A DNA stretch of 64,000 bases. Source: Sphaeroforma arctica JP610 (taxonomy: Eukaryota). Positions 11,610 to 36,544 of the stretch are shown piece after piece. Below the pieces are notes generated by a model, which saw nothing but the letters and a program-made list of their open reading frames with translations, was not told the DNA's origin and ran no database searches. Numbering within the stretch: the first letter of the stretch is position 1; each line of letters begins with the position of its first letter. The stretch covers positions 65,384 through 129,383 of the forward strand of contig NW_014040420.1 in NCBI RefSeq assembly GCF_001186125.1, read 5' to 3'. The translations under genes and the position numbers were made by a program.

Positions 11610-14513
11610 TCAAGTGGAGCCTAGGAAGGCGGATATCTCATGGATCATCTGGTCTATCTCAGGCTGGCTGCTCTGTCTCTGAGCGGACTCAGTCGACCGT
11701 GGCATGCGACGTGGCTGACCCAGACTCTCGGCTGAGAGTCTGTTATGCTCATGCATTGCACCGGCTTGTTGGTGTTGTTGCTGCTGATTGTGTTGTTGGC
11801 GTGTGCTCGTTTCGCCGCCATGAGCGGTGTAGCTGATCGAGTCCCCCTGAGTGTCGTTTGCCTTACCAGCCCGTGTACTGGTAAGCCATGGAGCACTGTG
11901 TTCCTTGTGGGAATAGGTGGCTGTGGTGGTGTGTGGCTGTGTCGTATTCTGTAGCTTCACCGCCCCTGCGGATGTCGTGCTCCTGGCACTGAGCGTGCGT
12001 TGCAGTGCGGCGGGTGGTGCATAGTTGTAGCTCTGGTGTCGTCGATGCCATTTCTCCCGATGCTGCTGTTGTTGTTGCTGTTGCTGTTGTTGTTGTTGTT
12101 GTTGCTGTTGTTGCTGTTGTTGTCGTTGTTGCTGTTGTTGTTGTTGTTGCTGTTGTTGTTGTTGTTGCTGTTGGTGTAGGTGAGGTGTTGTTGCCTCATG
12201 ACTGGGGTGTGGGTACCTGAGGTACTGTGAGATAGACGGTGACTGGTGGTCAGTGGTGTGTGGATGGGTTGACTCTAAGCTCTCCTGCAGCGCTGTATGG
12301 GGCGAGCACATACTTCTTTGCCGCCGCATGGTATCAGGCCGTGCTAGTTCGAAATTGAATACAGACGCACGTGGTTTATCTTTGGCAAAGTCTTGGGGGC
12401 CGATGGACTGTAACACACTTGCATCCCGTACATTCCGCTGTCGAAGTGGTTCAAAGTGGGTTGGAGTATAGCTGTTTCTAAACCCCGTCGTTGTATTGGC
12501 ACCTATGGCACTTGCACTTGTATATGTTTTTCGGACCGGAAACCCGGGCGACGGGAATTGTTGCGAAGCCTGTCTCCCATAATTGTCTGACAGTGCGCAA
12601 CGAAGGCTGCTGGGGTCCGTTGCCGCGGAGGTGCAGGTTGAGTCCTGAGCAAATGGATTGGTAAGTGCCTGTGTGTTCCCTGTCAGGTACGAATCGTCTG
12701 TCACATCCAGCCGAGTAGGCTGACTTTGTAAAGCCATATCCGGAGCACCCGCAGAAGTTCTTGAGCTCACTTTCGTGTAGGTACTGTAGGGCTGCAGGCT
12801 GAGCCGGCGTTCAACATTGGCTGTGATCGTTCTACGAACGTTAGGTTTAGTTTGCGCCGCAGTGCACGGTGCTCTCACTAACTGTGTCTCATTAGACTTC
12901 GGTTGCTTACCATGTTCCACTTCTATTACATCAGCAGGCTTGGTTGATGACTCATTGGCCCCAACGGTGTGAATCTGACCTCGAAGCTGCAGTCGGTCTT
13001 CAGTCTGCCCTATTGTTGTGGACTCGGGGTTGTCCTTCTTTTTGAGTTTTTGGGACCGTGCTTGTTGATTGTGCTCATACGCCATAACAACAGCGAGATA
13101 CTCCGCATCGGTATTCACATCCGACCTTTGGGGGCACCGGTTTGGGTCGTTCAAGAGTTGCGAGTACATGTACGGTTGCTGCATTTGTTGTTGCTTCTTA
13201 CTTTTCCTTCCCTTGGCCTTGCTGACTTTGGTGCAAGGTTTTGGGCCGGTAGTTTGCTTTACTGTCTTCACTGAAGTATCGGTGTGCCGCACTTTGTTGT
13301 CTGTGTCTCTTCCACCAGTTTGCGCTTCAGTACTGAGGTCGAGGTTCTCACTATTTTTATCTGTAGAGGGAATTGCAGTGGGTGCTGGTCTGGTGTTTGT
13401 CCTCGTATCGTATCGCTTCTGCAGTTCGTGAGCTAGCAGCCTACTGCCCAAGATCACATCACACTTACTGCCAGAGCTGCTAGAGTTTCGCCTTTGTTCG
13501 TTGAGGATATCAATAGACCACATTTTATCAGCCAAATAAGCTTCTTCTGTAAATGATGAGCGGCCAAGGCCTCTGATTGTATCCCCCGGTGTTGGGCTTG
13601 TGTTTGATCGCTGGCGCTTGGGCCTTTTCCACGAATCTGTGGGCGATAAGGAGCGCGATCTGTTGCTCGCTATACTTACAAATAACTTTAAGCCCAATTC
13701 TTCCTCAATTGCAGACAATTGGACCGCAGGTGGCAAATGTGTCTGTAGCAGCTGTCCATCCTGTGGGGTTAGAACAGGAACGTATTCATATTAACACTCA
13801 GGAATCCCTCAATACAATGTCTATAGCGTAATTTCATATGTGAAAGCAATCAATTCGTTCCTGAAAAAAAACCCAAAAAAACTGTGTAATTGTAACTTTA
13901 CGTTTCGTGCGATGGTCTTAGACATGTGGTCTCCACAACCCACGGGATGAATCTTGTTGTTGTATAGGCTCGAACTGGATTTCACTTGATACTGTAAATT
14001 CTCACCAGCATCCTGTGGCTGCGACCGCATTCGAGTCGATTCTAAATGAAAAGAATTGTATCTGAACAGATTCGCGCTCGCATGTGATGGAACAGAAGTA
14101 TGCTTATCGGCCGGTGTTTGTACCATCGTGCGAGCTATGCAGTCGTGTGACACTTGAAACTTACCCGAATCGAGTACAGATTCGTTTGCAGCATGTCGTA
14201 CTTTACTACCGCTATATGCTATCAAATGAGGCTTCTGATCTTGCGTGCTTGTCGATACGTTTGTTGTTGAAGGTGTATAAAATTCAGGGTTGTCATATGG
14301 TTTTCCAGGTTGCTTCTGTATATTGTAAAGTTGGTCTTGAAACGTTTGATCGTCGCTACATTCGACATGTCGGTCCGAGAACACTTCGAAAGTATTGCTA
14401 TCTCCGTTATCTTGACGTAAAAAACTATATAGATCCTTTATAATTGATTCAGTAATTACTTCAGCACAATCAGTACTCCGTCTCCAACCTTCCGGATGCG
14501 GAACCAAAGGCAT
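11610..14513 (-). CDS. Hypothetical 920-aa low-complexity/disordered protein with polyQ tract (2 exons)
   Basis: ORFs 13821-14513 and 11610-13736 join in phase 0 through intron 13761-13901 (GTAAAG donor; CTAAC branch site; CAG acceptor). Exons 14513-13902 and 13760-11610. Rich in S/T/Q; no domain recognised. The start codon could lie further upstream. Confidence 0.72.
12062..12175 (-). repeat. Coding CAA/CAG trinucleotide repeat (polyglutamine)
   Basis: (tgt/tgc)n on the plus strand, translated as a long Q run interrupted by one R in the 11610-13736 ORF. Confidence 0.9.
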
Positions 14514-17500
14514 GCCTACTACACTAGATCACATGGATGCCCTTCGGAATGAGCACCACAACTAACTAGAGACATCAGTCGTCACACATATGATACATTT
14601 TGTACTATGATACCAGTATTAAATACCTTTACTCATGGTATGTATACTGAAAGGAGATGCAGGCTTTCAATTTTCAAGTGCTGAACATAGGCAAACTTCG
14701 ATATTTAGAGCAAGTAAATATTTCTCTACCCATGAGACGAGAGCATGTATGTATGTATTTTTATAGAAATAAAAAATATAGCAACGAACCTCAAGTTTCA
14801 TATCAGCTCAATTTTTTAGGGTTTGTTCTTGTATTTTTTCACAAAACAAAACAAAAAAAAGTAAACTTGAAAATATATACAAATGTCGCAAACATATTTA
14901 CATCACTTCCCTCTGGTAAACGACAACGACAGGAAAATATCAAACTAAATACTGAAAAGACCGTCGCGACGTAGGACATGACTTTTGGGACTATTTGTAC
15001 AATATAGGAGGCTAAGTATGGACTAATAATATTTATTGTCGAACAGATATTTACGCTATCCATAAACATGCGTAGTTATTCTAATACAGTGTCGTTTACC
15101 AGGATCCATATATATATATATATTTAAATTATTAAAAAATATCCATAGACCTCTGAAAATAGAACAAATATTGCATGAAAACGAATATGAAAAATTCACA
15201 CTGTACCAAAATACCGTTTGTGGCTTTGTTTTGGCTTTTTTGCTGGTTACAGTGCCACAGGGTAGACTACCACGAGTCTGCCAGAGTTGTTTTTTCCCCC
15301 CCGACTGAGGCCGAAACACATTCGTTACTCTTCTGAAGTTCTGAGACTCGTGAGTCGTGAGTGATAATAAAAAAGCCTGAAGCCTGAAGCCTGAAGCCCT
15401 GAAGCACTGAACCCTGAAGTCGAAGGTCAAGGAGTGAAGGTCGAAGGACTGAGAAGTCTGAAGGGCGAGGGCTTACAAAATTCCTCTCTAGAGTGAAATA
15501 AAAAAATACAAACATACATATAGCCATTAAATGCAGGAAAAATATGAGACGTCAATCGAGTGGACAACCGATACGGTTATTTCATTGGCCGATAGGTTTT
15601 CGGAAAGGTCCAACCACATGTTAGGTACCTTCATTCTTGAACAATTCTCCTTGCTCGTGTTCTAGGCCAAACACACCATATTTTGTTCATAGTATAGTGA
15701 GGATGCGCGCACACACACTTACCGTCCTATCCTGACTGTTAGTAGACAAAACTAAAGTCTTTGACTTGAAGTGCTTTGTCTCGGGAATAGATTCCCGTTT
15801 AGCACGTTTCTTGTCTCCTTTTTCAGCTATTTGCAACATATACCCATGCTTTGCCGACTCTGGGCACGTACACGCATCACTAACAAGGTGGAAGTTTCAG
15901 CTGTTGCACATTAAGGAATTTCAAATACAAGTAAGCTTTCCTTTTTCTAATGCTATTTCAGCAGTTGACATGAAGTTGTGTTTGCTCTTAACAGGATACA
16001 GTAAATAAGTCTAGCTTAACTTCTATACTCGATGTACTTGGATCGAATGTTCTGCTGTCTGCGATCCTGTGATTTACACTTATTGTTTTATACCAGACTA
16101 TGCCATATGTATGGCTCTAATCACATGTCAGAGTTTTACAAGTCAAGTGCCAAATATACTGTCAACATGCAGCAAGGACAAAAGGCAAAAGTCAGCTTGT
16201 CAGGCTGGCCTGAAATTGGACTTCATAGTAGTTTTGGGCCACTGTATATCGACATAAACGTTTAAAGAGTTAATTTTATAAAGTGTTTCACGAATAACGT
16301 AATGAGGTCTGCCAGTCTGGGAGTGGGATGTTTCACATAAATATGTATGTATTTTGTATTTTGTTTTTTTTACTAAAACCCAAATAAGTATTTGAATTCA
16401 AACCTTTAACTTTACTGAGACTCTGAGTCTGTGTAGTTCTAAAACTCTTGTGTGAAGTTTCAAGGCCTATCTAAGTTCTTTCTCTATGAAAACGATACAA
16501 ACTTGACTATTTAGACCCACACAAGGTACACCTAAAAAAAGGCCGAATATGGAATTCAAGTTGAACGTAAACGTATATTCATTCGATATATAAAAGTATT
16601 ATCGGAAAAAGATTTGAGGTTAGGTGTCAAGTGTGGTCTGTCAGCTGACTGAGAATGAGACTCCAATTCTCCATCTCTCGCTCCAAAATTGAAAGTAGAG
16701 AGTATATGGAGTTCCAACTTTAATGTTATTTTTAGCATACCTTTTATATTTGTTTTTGAAAATAGTTAAAACTTTCATTTAAGACAAATCAACTACCTTT
16801 AAAAAAAGTGTTTTGAAAACTGCCCTCAATAAGCTGTCCTATAGTTGAAGATTTTAGGGTTTAGGGTTTATGTTATGGAAAATGCACCTATCATATGTTA
16901 CAACTTTTTAAATATGTTTTTTAAGGCTAATAAAATTATTGAGCCTAGTCTTAGGGGGTGTCTTAATTATCTGATTTTGAATTTTCATATTCAGGAATTT
17001 ACATTTTCAATCAATAGTGAGGTAATACTTTTGAATTGTTTTTTTTTTTGAAATATCATGCTACAAAATCGTACATACAAACTTTAAGCCTAAGCTTATA
17101 ACGTTTTGGGGGTACGGGATAAAAGTTGAATGTAAACGTATATATATTCAAATTATAAAAGTTTTAACGGAAAACAGTTTATATGTCCTTTCTGAACGGA
17201 ATCGGAATCAGAAATTTCTGACCACGTTTTTTTTTTAGTCACCCTATCTATAGTTTTATTTGTCTATTTTAAATTGTATAAAGACTGTGAAGTGTGAACT
17301 GACTGAGCTCACTCAAGTGACTCAGCTACGAATGATGCATTGCTCACTCTCTGAGACTGACTGACTCCGAGTTTCTGCCTCTCACTCTCTCAAGAAGGTC
17401 AGAGTGATCAGAGTTCACTGTTCAGACTTCACTGCTTCAGACTCACTAAATATTTACCTCTGCTGGTGGAGTACTGGAGGCATGGGCTCAGTAAATAACC

Positions 17501-19186
17501 TCATTACGTTAACTAAACGGAAATATATACATAGGTCTAAACAGCTAACAACAGCTAACAAAATACTCAACTTTACATTCGAGGTTTACACTGTTCAATT
17601 GAGAAGAAGGCTATGTTTACACCTCTATTTCTTTCAAAATAGAATATTTATATGTAACGTGGGACGTTTTGGCAACAAATATTGATTATATTTAGAACAA
17701 TCGTATTGACCTATAAATTTTATTTTTATTAAAACCAAAATGTCGGTTGTTAAATGGTACATTTGACAAAAATTCACTATTTTACTGACCATCTCTGCTG
17801 TGCCCTGCCGAGAGTCTGGGACCATGCGCAAATAGTCAAATAGAGTAAATACTGAACTATTTACTGACTACTGTGAAGAATCGAAGATTCAGAAGTAGAT
17901 GACATATTTTTTTTGTGGAATCTGTAACACTTTAAATTCAAATTACAATGTCGTCCTTCTCGTTTCGTTTATATATTTGCTATAACTATTTTATCTACAA
18001 TAGCCTAATTCAATTTAGAAGGCGATGATTTATCATTTGTTGAATTAGGAATATTAATTTTATTCCAATGCTGATTACTCTCTCTCGAAGCCTCGATTGG
18101 TGATTTCAGATTTGAGGTCTCCTGGCTTCTCAGTCCATCTCGTGTCTCGCCACTCGCGCATGTATATGTTGCACTCTCGCGTATAGATAACCGCTATGTG
18201 GTGGGTAGATTATACAAGTTTAGTACTTGATTTTTTTTAGTCACGGGATTTGGTTTGGATAGAGCTGTTCAAAATGCCATAAAAATGGGTCGGGGAAAGT
18301 TGATGTAAATAAATAGCAAAATGTTTGGTCTGACCATGCTCAAACGGCCAAAATTTTGATTTTTGATTACGAACGTGATAGTCTCACACAAATTTCTATA
18401 AAAACTCACATACCGTTTATACACACGCAACACTATTCATACATAGACTATATATATATATACAAACGATGCTGTCCTCACCGGAGCGCTTGAGGACACC
18501 ACCAGAAACTCTCTGACTCTGAAGAGAAGTTCATAAGTAAAGATGCCTACGAAAATAGTCGGAACTAGATATTTGTACGGTTGGACTGAAGTACGCACGC
18601 TTTGGTAAGGATGTAAAGATCTGTGATCGTTTGTGTATATATGAGCACCAATATGAAGTAGAACCTGAAGAAAAGTTTTGCGAAGGTTGGGATGAAAGAC
18701 TAGGCATATATAAAGCTATAGGTAGAATTTAAAGGTTAGGTATGGTTTAGACTGAGCCGGGTATTAAGTGAGTAAGATGTCGCGCACGCTTTAACAATGA
18801 CATACTGACATCTGACTTCCAAAGTTATCAACAATCAACTTTGTATATTTTTCTCGTCCTGATATTGCCTGTCAGTCTTCAGAGTTTGGCCTGACATCGG
18901 TAAATCAATTTCGAGCTTTTGACTTGCGCGCGGGCAGTGAATATAAAGCCGCATTGGGACCCAAATATGGCCCAGATACCGCAGTACCAGCACTATTGGG
19001 TCATTTAGACATTTACAGTACTGTCCCAAAAACAGCAAAAAATCCCAATGTGAGATAAATTTATTTTTTTGGGAGACACACCATAGCCTTTTGAAAATTA
19101 AAGAAGGCTATGGACACATATTTTTTTTGTCTGAGTCAAGCGACCTAAGAACATCTGGGTGATCTTGTTCCCCTCGAAATTCATAT

Positions 19187-19472
19187 TAGGCGGTTCCAAG
19201 TCGATTTTTGTTCCTGCTATCCCCTGCCTGCTTTTTTTTTGCTGATTTGGCTCTATACTCTACTAAAATTTCACTACTGAATTTGGTATAGGCCCGAAAT
19301 TAATATTAGGGTTTTGGGATCCAAACCCTATTTTCGTTTTTTTTCTTGGAAAAAACATATCTGGTTTGGTAGGAACTGGCTTGGAGTAAGGTAAATATAG
19401 AGTATAGGCGCCTGCCTTCTACTTTTTTTGGGGAAATGTTAGCAGAAACAAAAATCGATTTAGAACCGCCTA
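19187..19472. mobile_element. Putative MITE (non-autonomous DNA transposon) with terminal inverted repeats
   Basis: Left ttaggcggttccaagtcgatttttgttcctgcta (19186-19219) vs reverse complement of the right end ttaggcggttctaaatcgatttttgtttctgcta (19440-19473): 3 mismatches in 34 nt. An inner inverted pair ctatactcta/tagagtatag is also present. TA flanks both ends (possible TSD). No ORF. Confidence 0.65.
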
Positions 19473-21498
19473 AGCACTTTGCCGCCACAAAATGTGTGAA
19501 TTGACCATTTTTCGAGGTGCTGTGGTCATCCGAAAATGGGCCCTACTACAGTACCGCTACATCACGTCGTCACAGAGTCCCTTCTCTTCAATTATTGATA
19601 ATCTTGTAGACCTGAATCGGTGAATTCTGAGTCCTGACTCATGAGTCCCTAATCGCCTGGATTTACGAACAACATTTAGGCAAAGCACATGCCATACTTG
19701 TCGTGACGACATTTTGAGTCGCGACATCGTGACTGGTGTCGTCAGGTTCATTGGAGGCTGCATCAGTGTGCATCACATATATCTAAACAACATGTCATAC
19801 ATGTCCCCGCGAAAACTTTCCATGGGTGTCTGTACCTCGTTGTTGTATATATATGTGCCAACTACCAACACAGCTGATCACTGATGACATTTGTTCAGTC
19901 GTGCAGGCCTGCAGGATTTCCCATGTAAAAATATTAGGCTTTTCGGCTCCTCTATTAGGGTTTTATAACAATTCGGTGGTTGGAAGCCGGTCAGTTGATT
20001 CCGGAATAGAACACCTGCAGTGAGTATTATTTACACAAGTCCCAAACGATGGAAGTATTGTGTACAAAAGTGGAGCATGAATGATAGCGTCAGAACTGGG
20101 ACCTGGCCGAGGACAAACGAGTGTGCTATTCTAAGAAGTCCACGGCTGGGATTATGGTGGACTCAAGACCGATCAGAAAGATATTTTAGGCTTTTTCCTT
20201 AGGTCCGAGATTGATGAGGGCTTTATCCGAGTTATGTCTTTGAATATACCCTTCTGAAATTTTTTAGGTTATGGGTTATGCCCAGAATTGAACAAACCAG
20301 ATATGTACAGAGATGTCAATTTATATTGCATCGGTAGCTGACATTCTAAAAAAAAAGGAATCCGGCTACGTCTCTGCTGCAGAAACTGATCATTTGTTGC
20401 GGTGTATTACACCTTTAGATTAATTTTATCAATAGGCTTATGTTCACAGGCCCAAGATATTTCATTGCTGTTAGACGCACCGTTTGTAAATATTAGAGCA
20501 TTCTGTACCCGGAGATCAGAATGATTGCCACTTTTCGCACATGCGGAATTTTCAGTACACACCCTCAGAAATAGACTTTCAACTGTGGGTCCAAGAATAT
20601 CAGAGGCTTGATATTTGAATAGATAAATGCATCGCACCGTAGTGCACCAGCAATATTTCACCACCGAGTAGCCGATCGATCGGGTTGGTGTTGTAAGCGG
20701 TTTAGAGTCGCCACGTGACCCTATTTTGAACCAATATTTAATAACATGAGTAAAAGTTGCAGCAACCTGTCTCGGATAAAAGATCAGTAATAGAAACTAG
20801 CAAACTGATACATTTATGAGTTGTGACAACCCACAGATTTCTTTCCAATACGTGGTTTCTGTTAGAGGTCTCTACAGTGTAACATACTTCGACATAATCG
20901 TATATATTTTCACGGTTTGAGCGAAATCAGATTGTTTTGCAGAATGGACTAGTAGTTCTGTCCATGCGAGAAACGAACGTATATCTGCGAAATTCGCCGT
21001 TGTAGACTATGAAATTCTCCCGTGTGTATTAGCGAATATATTTTTGCTCGATACGGTTTATTCTGAACCAGTGCCAAGCCGGACGTATGTACTACTCCCG
21101 AAGCTCGGGTCCTATTGGGCTCGCCTGTCGCCAAAGGATCACCGTCAGGAGACACCTGAATTATATCGAGGGACGTTTCTCGCAAAGATTATAGCAGGGG
21201 TTTTCAGGGTTTAACCATTTCCTTGTTTTGTTCCTTTTTTGCAAGAGGCTATGGTATCATATAAATTGACGAATGTGCGCACCTCTGCACTATATTATCG
21301 AGAATTAATACTATCTATTTTGTAGATTACTTTTTAAACGCCGAATAGCATATACTATACTCTCCTCGTCGTAAAGAATGGTTTGTAATTATTGATGAAC
21401 TCACTATGTCCTTTTAAAATAGAGTGTATTGGCCTGAGGCGATCACTCTTATTATCCTAGTCAGGTAATCAGATATATTTATTATTCGTTAGCACACT

Positions 21499-32814
<11,316 letters not shown>

Positions 32815-33901
32815 CTGCAATTCAGGGTTTTAGGGTTTTAGAGTTTGTTTCAGGGTTTTAGGGTTTAGCAGTTTTAGAGTTTTAGAGTTTAGGGATTGTT
32901 TCAGGGTTTTAGTGTTGAGGTTTTTATTCAGGAACGGCACAGACCAGAATTACAAACCTTTAGAAATAACGCTGAATCGTAGCGTTACAAACTCTCCATT
33001 ACACAGATGACTAGCAATCCATACATGGCCCAACACATCTCCCGTGCAACACACGTCTATCATATACCCAAAAAACCCTAAAAGTAGTACCAGAATGTGT
33101 GCGTGTGCAAGAGGGCCGCATAGATGATAGTTATATAAATATACATAAATCCATACACACCTGTATGCAGCACAATTCGATCTATACAAATAACTACGAA
33201 ATTGATTGCAATAAATATCCTTTGTCATGTCTCCATATATAGACACGAATATACTCCCACAGAACACAAATAACCACACAGTTAAATGATATCTCTATTT
33301 GTGTATCGACATCCTTTGTCATATCTCCATATACAGACTTGAATATAAAACACCACATACACACGTACTCCATACACAACAACGAATCCAATTAACTGTT
33401 ATCTTATCCGTGGCTATATGCACGTGAAACGATACTTGGTACATACGCGCAGAAGGCACTGACACTGTACGAAGCCGATGCCGAGTACGCCGCACAAAAC
33501 CAAAGGCATTTTGCTGTCGCGAGTGCTGCGGTGAGCTTGACCTTGCTCCCATCCGCACTATAGTTACAGGGGCGTGTTTGTATACGTGAGAGGTAGGGGA
33601 AAGCGATGGTTAGATAAGATACTGTAGATAGAGTGACAAGTGTGTTATGGGAGAGGAAATGAAAGACAAAGCACTCTCAACAGATCTTACCTATATATAT
33701 ACATATATATATATATATGTGTGAGTGTGTGTGTACATATATATACATTTAATATATAAGTATTAGTTTATATATATATTACATATATCAAAGGAACGTG
33801 TCTAGAGAGATATTGGATAGAATATACATACATACATACATACATACATACATCCATACGTATACATATACACACAAACACACACACACACGCACACACA
33901 A

Positions 33902-33939
<38 letters not shown>

Positions 33940-33970
33940 GCCCCAACAACTTACACACATACAACACGCA

Positions 33971-34736
33971 NNNNNNNNNNNNNNNNNNNNNNNNNNNNNN
34001 NNNNNNNNNNNNNNNNNNNNNNNNNNNNNNNNNNNNNNNNNNNNNNNNNNNNNNNNNNNNNNNNNNNNNNNNNNNNNNNNNNNNNNNNNNNNNNNNNNNN
34101 NNNNNNNNNNNNNNNNNNNNNNNNNNNNNNNNNNNNNNNNNNNNNNNNNNNNNNNNNNNNNNNNNNNNNNNNNNNNNNNNNNNNNNNNNNNNNNNNNNNN
34201 NNNNNNNNNNNNNNNNNNNNNNNNNNNNNNNNNNNNNNNNNNNNNNNNNNNNNNNNNNNNNNNNNNNNNNNNNNNNNNNNNNNNNNNNNNNNNNNNNNNN
34301 NNNNNNNNNNNNNNNNNNNNNNNNNNNNNNNNNNNNNNNNNNNNNNNNNNNNNNNNNNNNNNNNNNNNNNNNNNNNNNNNNNNNNNNNNNNNNNNNNNNN
34401 NNNNNNNNNNNNNNNNNNNNNNNNNNNNNNNNNNNNNNNNNNNNNNNNNNNNNNNNNNNNNNNNNNNNNNNNNNNNNNNNNNNNNNNNNNNNNNNNNNNN
34501 NNNNNNNNNNNNNNNNNNNNNNNNNNNNNNNNNNNNNNNNNNNNNNNNNNNNNNNNNNNNNNNNNNNNNNNNNNNNNNNNNNNNNNNNNNNNNNNNNNNN
34601 NNNNNNNNNNNNNNNNNNNNNNNNNNNNNNNNNNNNNNNNNNNNNNNNNNNNNNNNNNNNNNNNNNNNNNNNNNNNNNNNNNNNNNNNNNNNNNNNNNNN
34701 NNNNNNNNNNNNNNNNNNNNNNNNNNNNNNNNNNNN
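33971..34736. other. Assembly gap (N run)
   Basis: Ns in the sequence. Further gaps at 36601-36797 and 46239-46258 are flanked by (TA)n repeats. Confidence 1.
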
Positions 34737-34894
34737 GTATATACATATTGTGTGTGTGAGTGAGTGTGTTTGGCACAGATGGCTGTGTGGTCTCTCGCGT
34801 TGCAAATTGTCTAGTACATAATTGCATACTATCATACCAAGTGGTCGGTATACATCAACAGGGCTTTCTTTCACACACCGTCACTCGTACATAC

Positions 34895-34923
34895 CTTGAA
34901 AGTACTTTATCCTTTCCATCCAT
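34895..34923 (-). CDS. Candidate first exon of the ZnT5-like gene (MDGKDKVLS-R)
   Basis: ATG in accATGg context followed by a strong AG|GTATGT donor in phase 2. It lies beyond the N gap, and the intervening exons were not resolved. Confidence 0.35.
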
Positions 34924-35880
34924 GGTTATATATTTTTACGGTGTTTGTATTGATTGAAAGGTATCGAAGTTTAATCCTGGTGTCCACGGTTGCTGAGTTC
35001 TAAGTGTGCATGGACGGCACTTTCAGAGCCTATTATATACGGATATCCGCAATATCTTTGTATCTATGTTCACAACATTCTCCATCTGCTTATGAAGTGG
35101 TGAGATCTCTGAGTCCTTTCCTTGTATATTGTACTGGCGTGTATGTATCTAGTACTTCACAAACACACACACACACACAATGCGTGATAGAGGCCATGTG
35201 AAGAACTATAGGGACTTGCCGGTATGCTTATATACTAATCAATACAGAACATATATACGTGCCCATAACATATGCGTACGATAAGTGTGTCGGTATGTAC
35301 AATATGTCAACACACATCCACAGACCACACGCCACAATCCAGCGTGAATCCACTACAGCAGCTGCAAAAGCGCTGCAAAGTGTAACTAGTGAATACCAAC
35401 TACTACTCTCGATGAGTCAACTTGTCAAGGGTAGCCAATGCGAGGCAGTTGATGACGCCGGGAGATGTCAGATTACCCCTACTGAGTGCTAACTACATAC
35501 ATTAACAATTTATCATAACCACACAGAGACTGAAAAATAAGGTACCGAACCTCTCCACGCCCTTGACGACGGGTGCAGACGAAAATAAATAAATAAATAG
35601 AGTTGGTGAGGTCACAGGTCACGATTTACAGAGTTACAGTCACGGGCCACCGGGGAGCCTTTTTGTGATCACATTATTAAATATCACAGCCAACAAACAT
35701 AGGGCAGCACAGTGTATGCGTATAAGTGTGTGTACAGTGGTTTTAGTTACTGCTGTATTGAAATACACGCACACGACGACACACTCCGTTGTCCCCATTC
35801 CTATCAGTTGCTGAGCGAACTATATGTGCCGGTAAATAGACTGGTACATTTAGCTTGTTATTTATAGCTATAGTTACAAC

Positions 35881-36502
35881 ATGCACACAATGAGGTGCTT
35901 AAGGAATTGGGGCCTGAGTGCTTTGGTACTATGTCTCAGCGTACTGTCAGTATGCCAGGCGAAGGCAAATACATACAAGGATGGGCAGAAGGTCGACATA
36001 TATGTGAATACGGTATGTATATACAAGTGTGTGTACAACATTACCGGAGATGATTATGTGTTATAATCATATACTGTGGATAGGTATATATATACATGTG
36101 TGTGTGCGATATTACCGGAGATGATTATGTGGTAGTATCATATACTGTGGATGTATTATATATAGGGTTTGATATTACGCAAAGAGCGTTGCAAGTTGTC
36201 TTTGATTGTGATATCGATCGCACGCATGTGTATCACACATCGGGACAAACGAACTATCGGATGGCACAATCGTCGCATACCTAGCTCGTTGGGTCACTTC
36301 ATTTCAGTGTCATCACATGCAGTTGTAAATGCGGATTTTCAAGTGAAATTGCTACAATGTGATGTTCCAGGTAATGTGAGTAGTTCAAATAGGAATCAAA
36401 GTTTTCTCAAGTCATGCCTAAGGCGGAAGGGACATACGAACGCACTCAAACACTCACACACACATATATATATATCTATATATATATATATCTATATATA
36501 TC

Positions 36503-36544
<42 letters not shown>

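Noticed and set aside
16556..17182. Diverged direct repeat of about 60 bp (16556 vs 17123) as LTRs
   Set aside because: Too short, no TG...CA ends, and no internal retroelement coding.
33319..33558. ORF containing VSVPSAR, similar to the human ZnT5 N-terminus
   Set aside because: Could not be joined in phase to exon 32814 through canonical sites; left unresolved rather than annotated.
33798..34874. ORFs over 300 aa
   Set aside because: Artefacts of the N gap.
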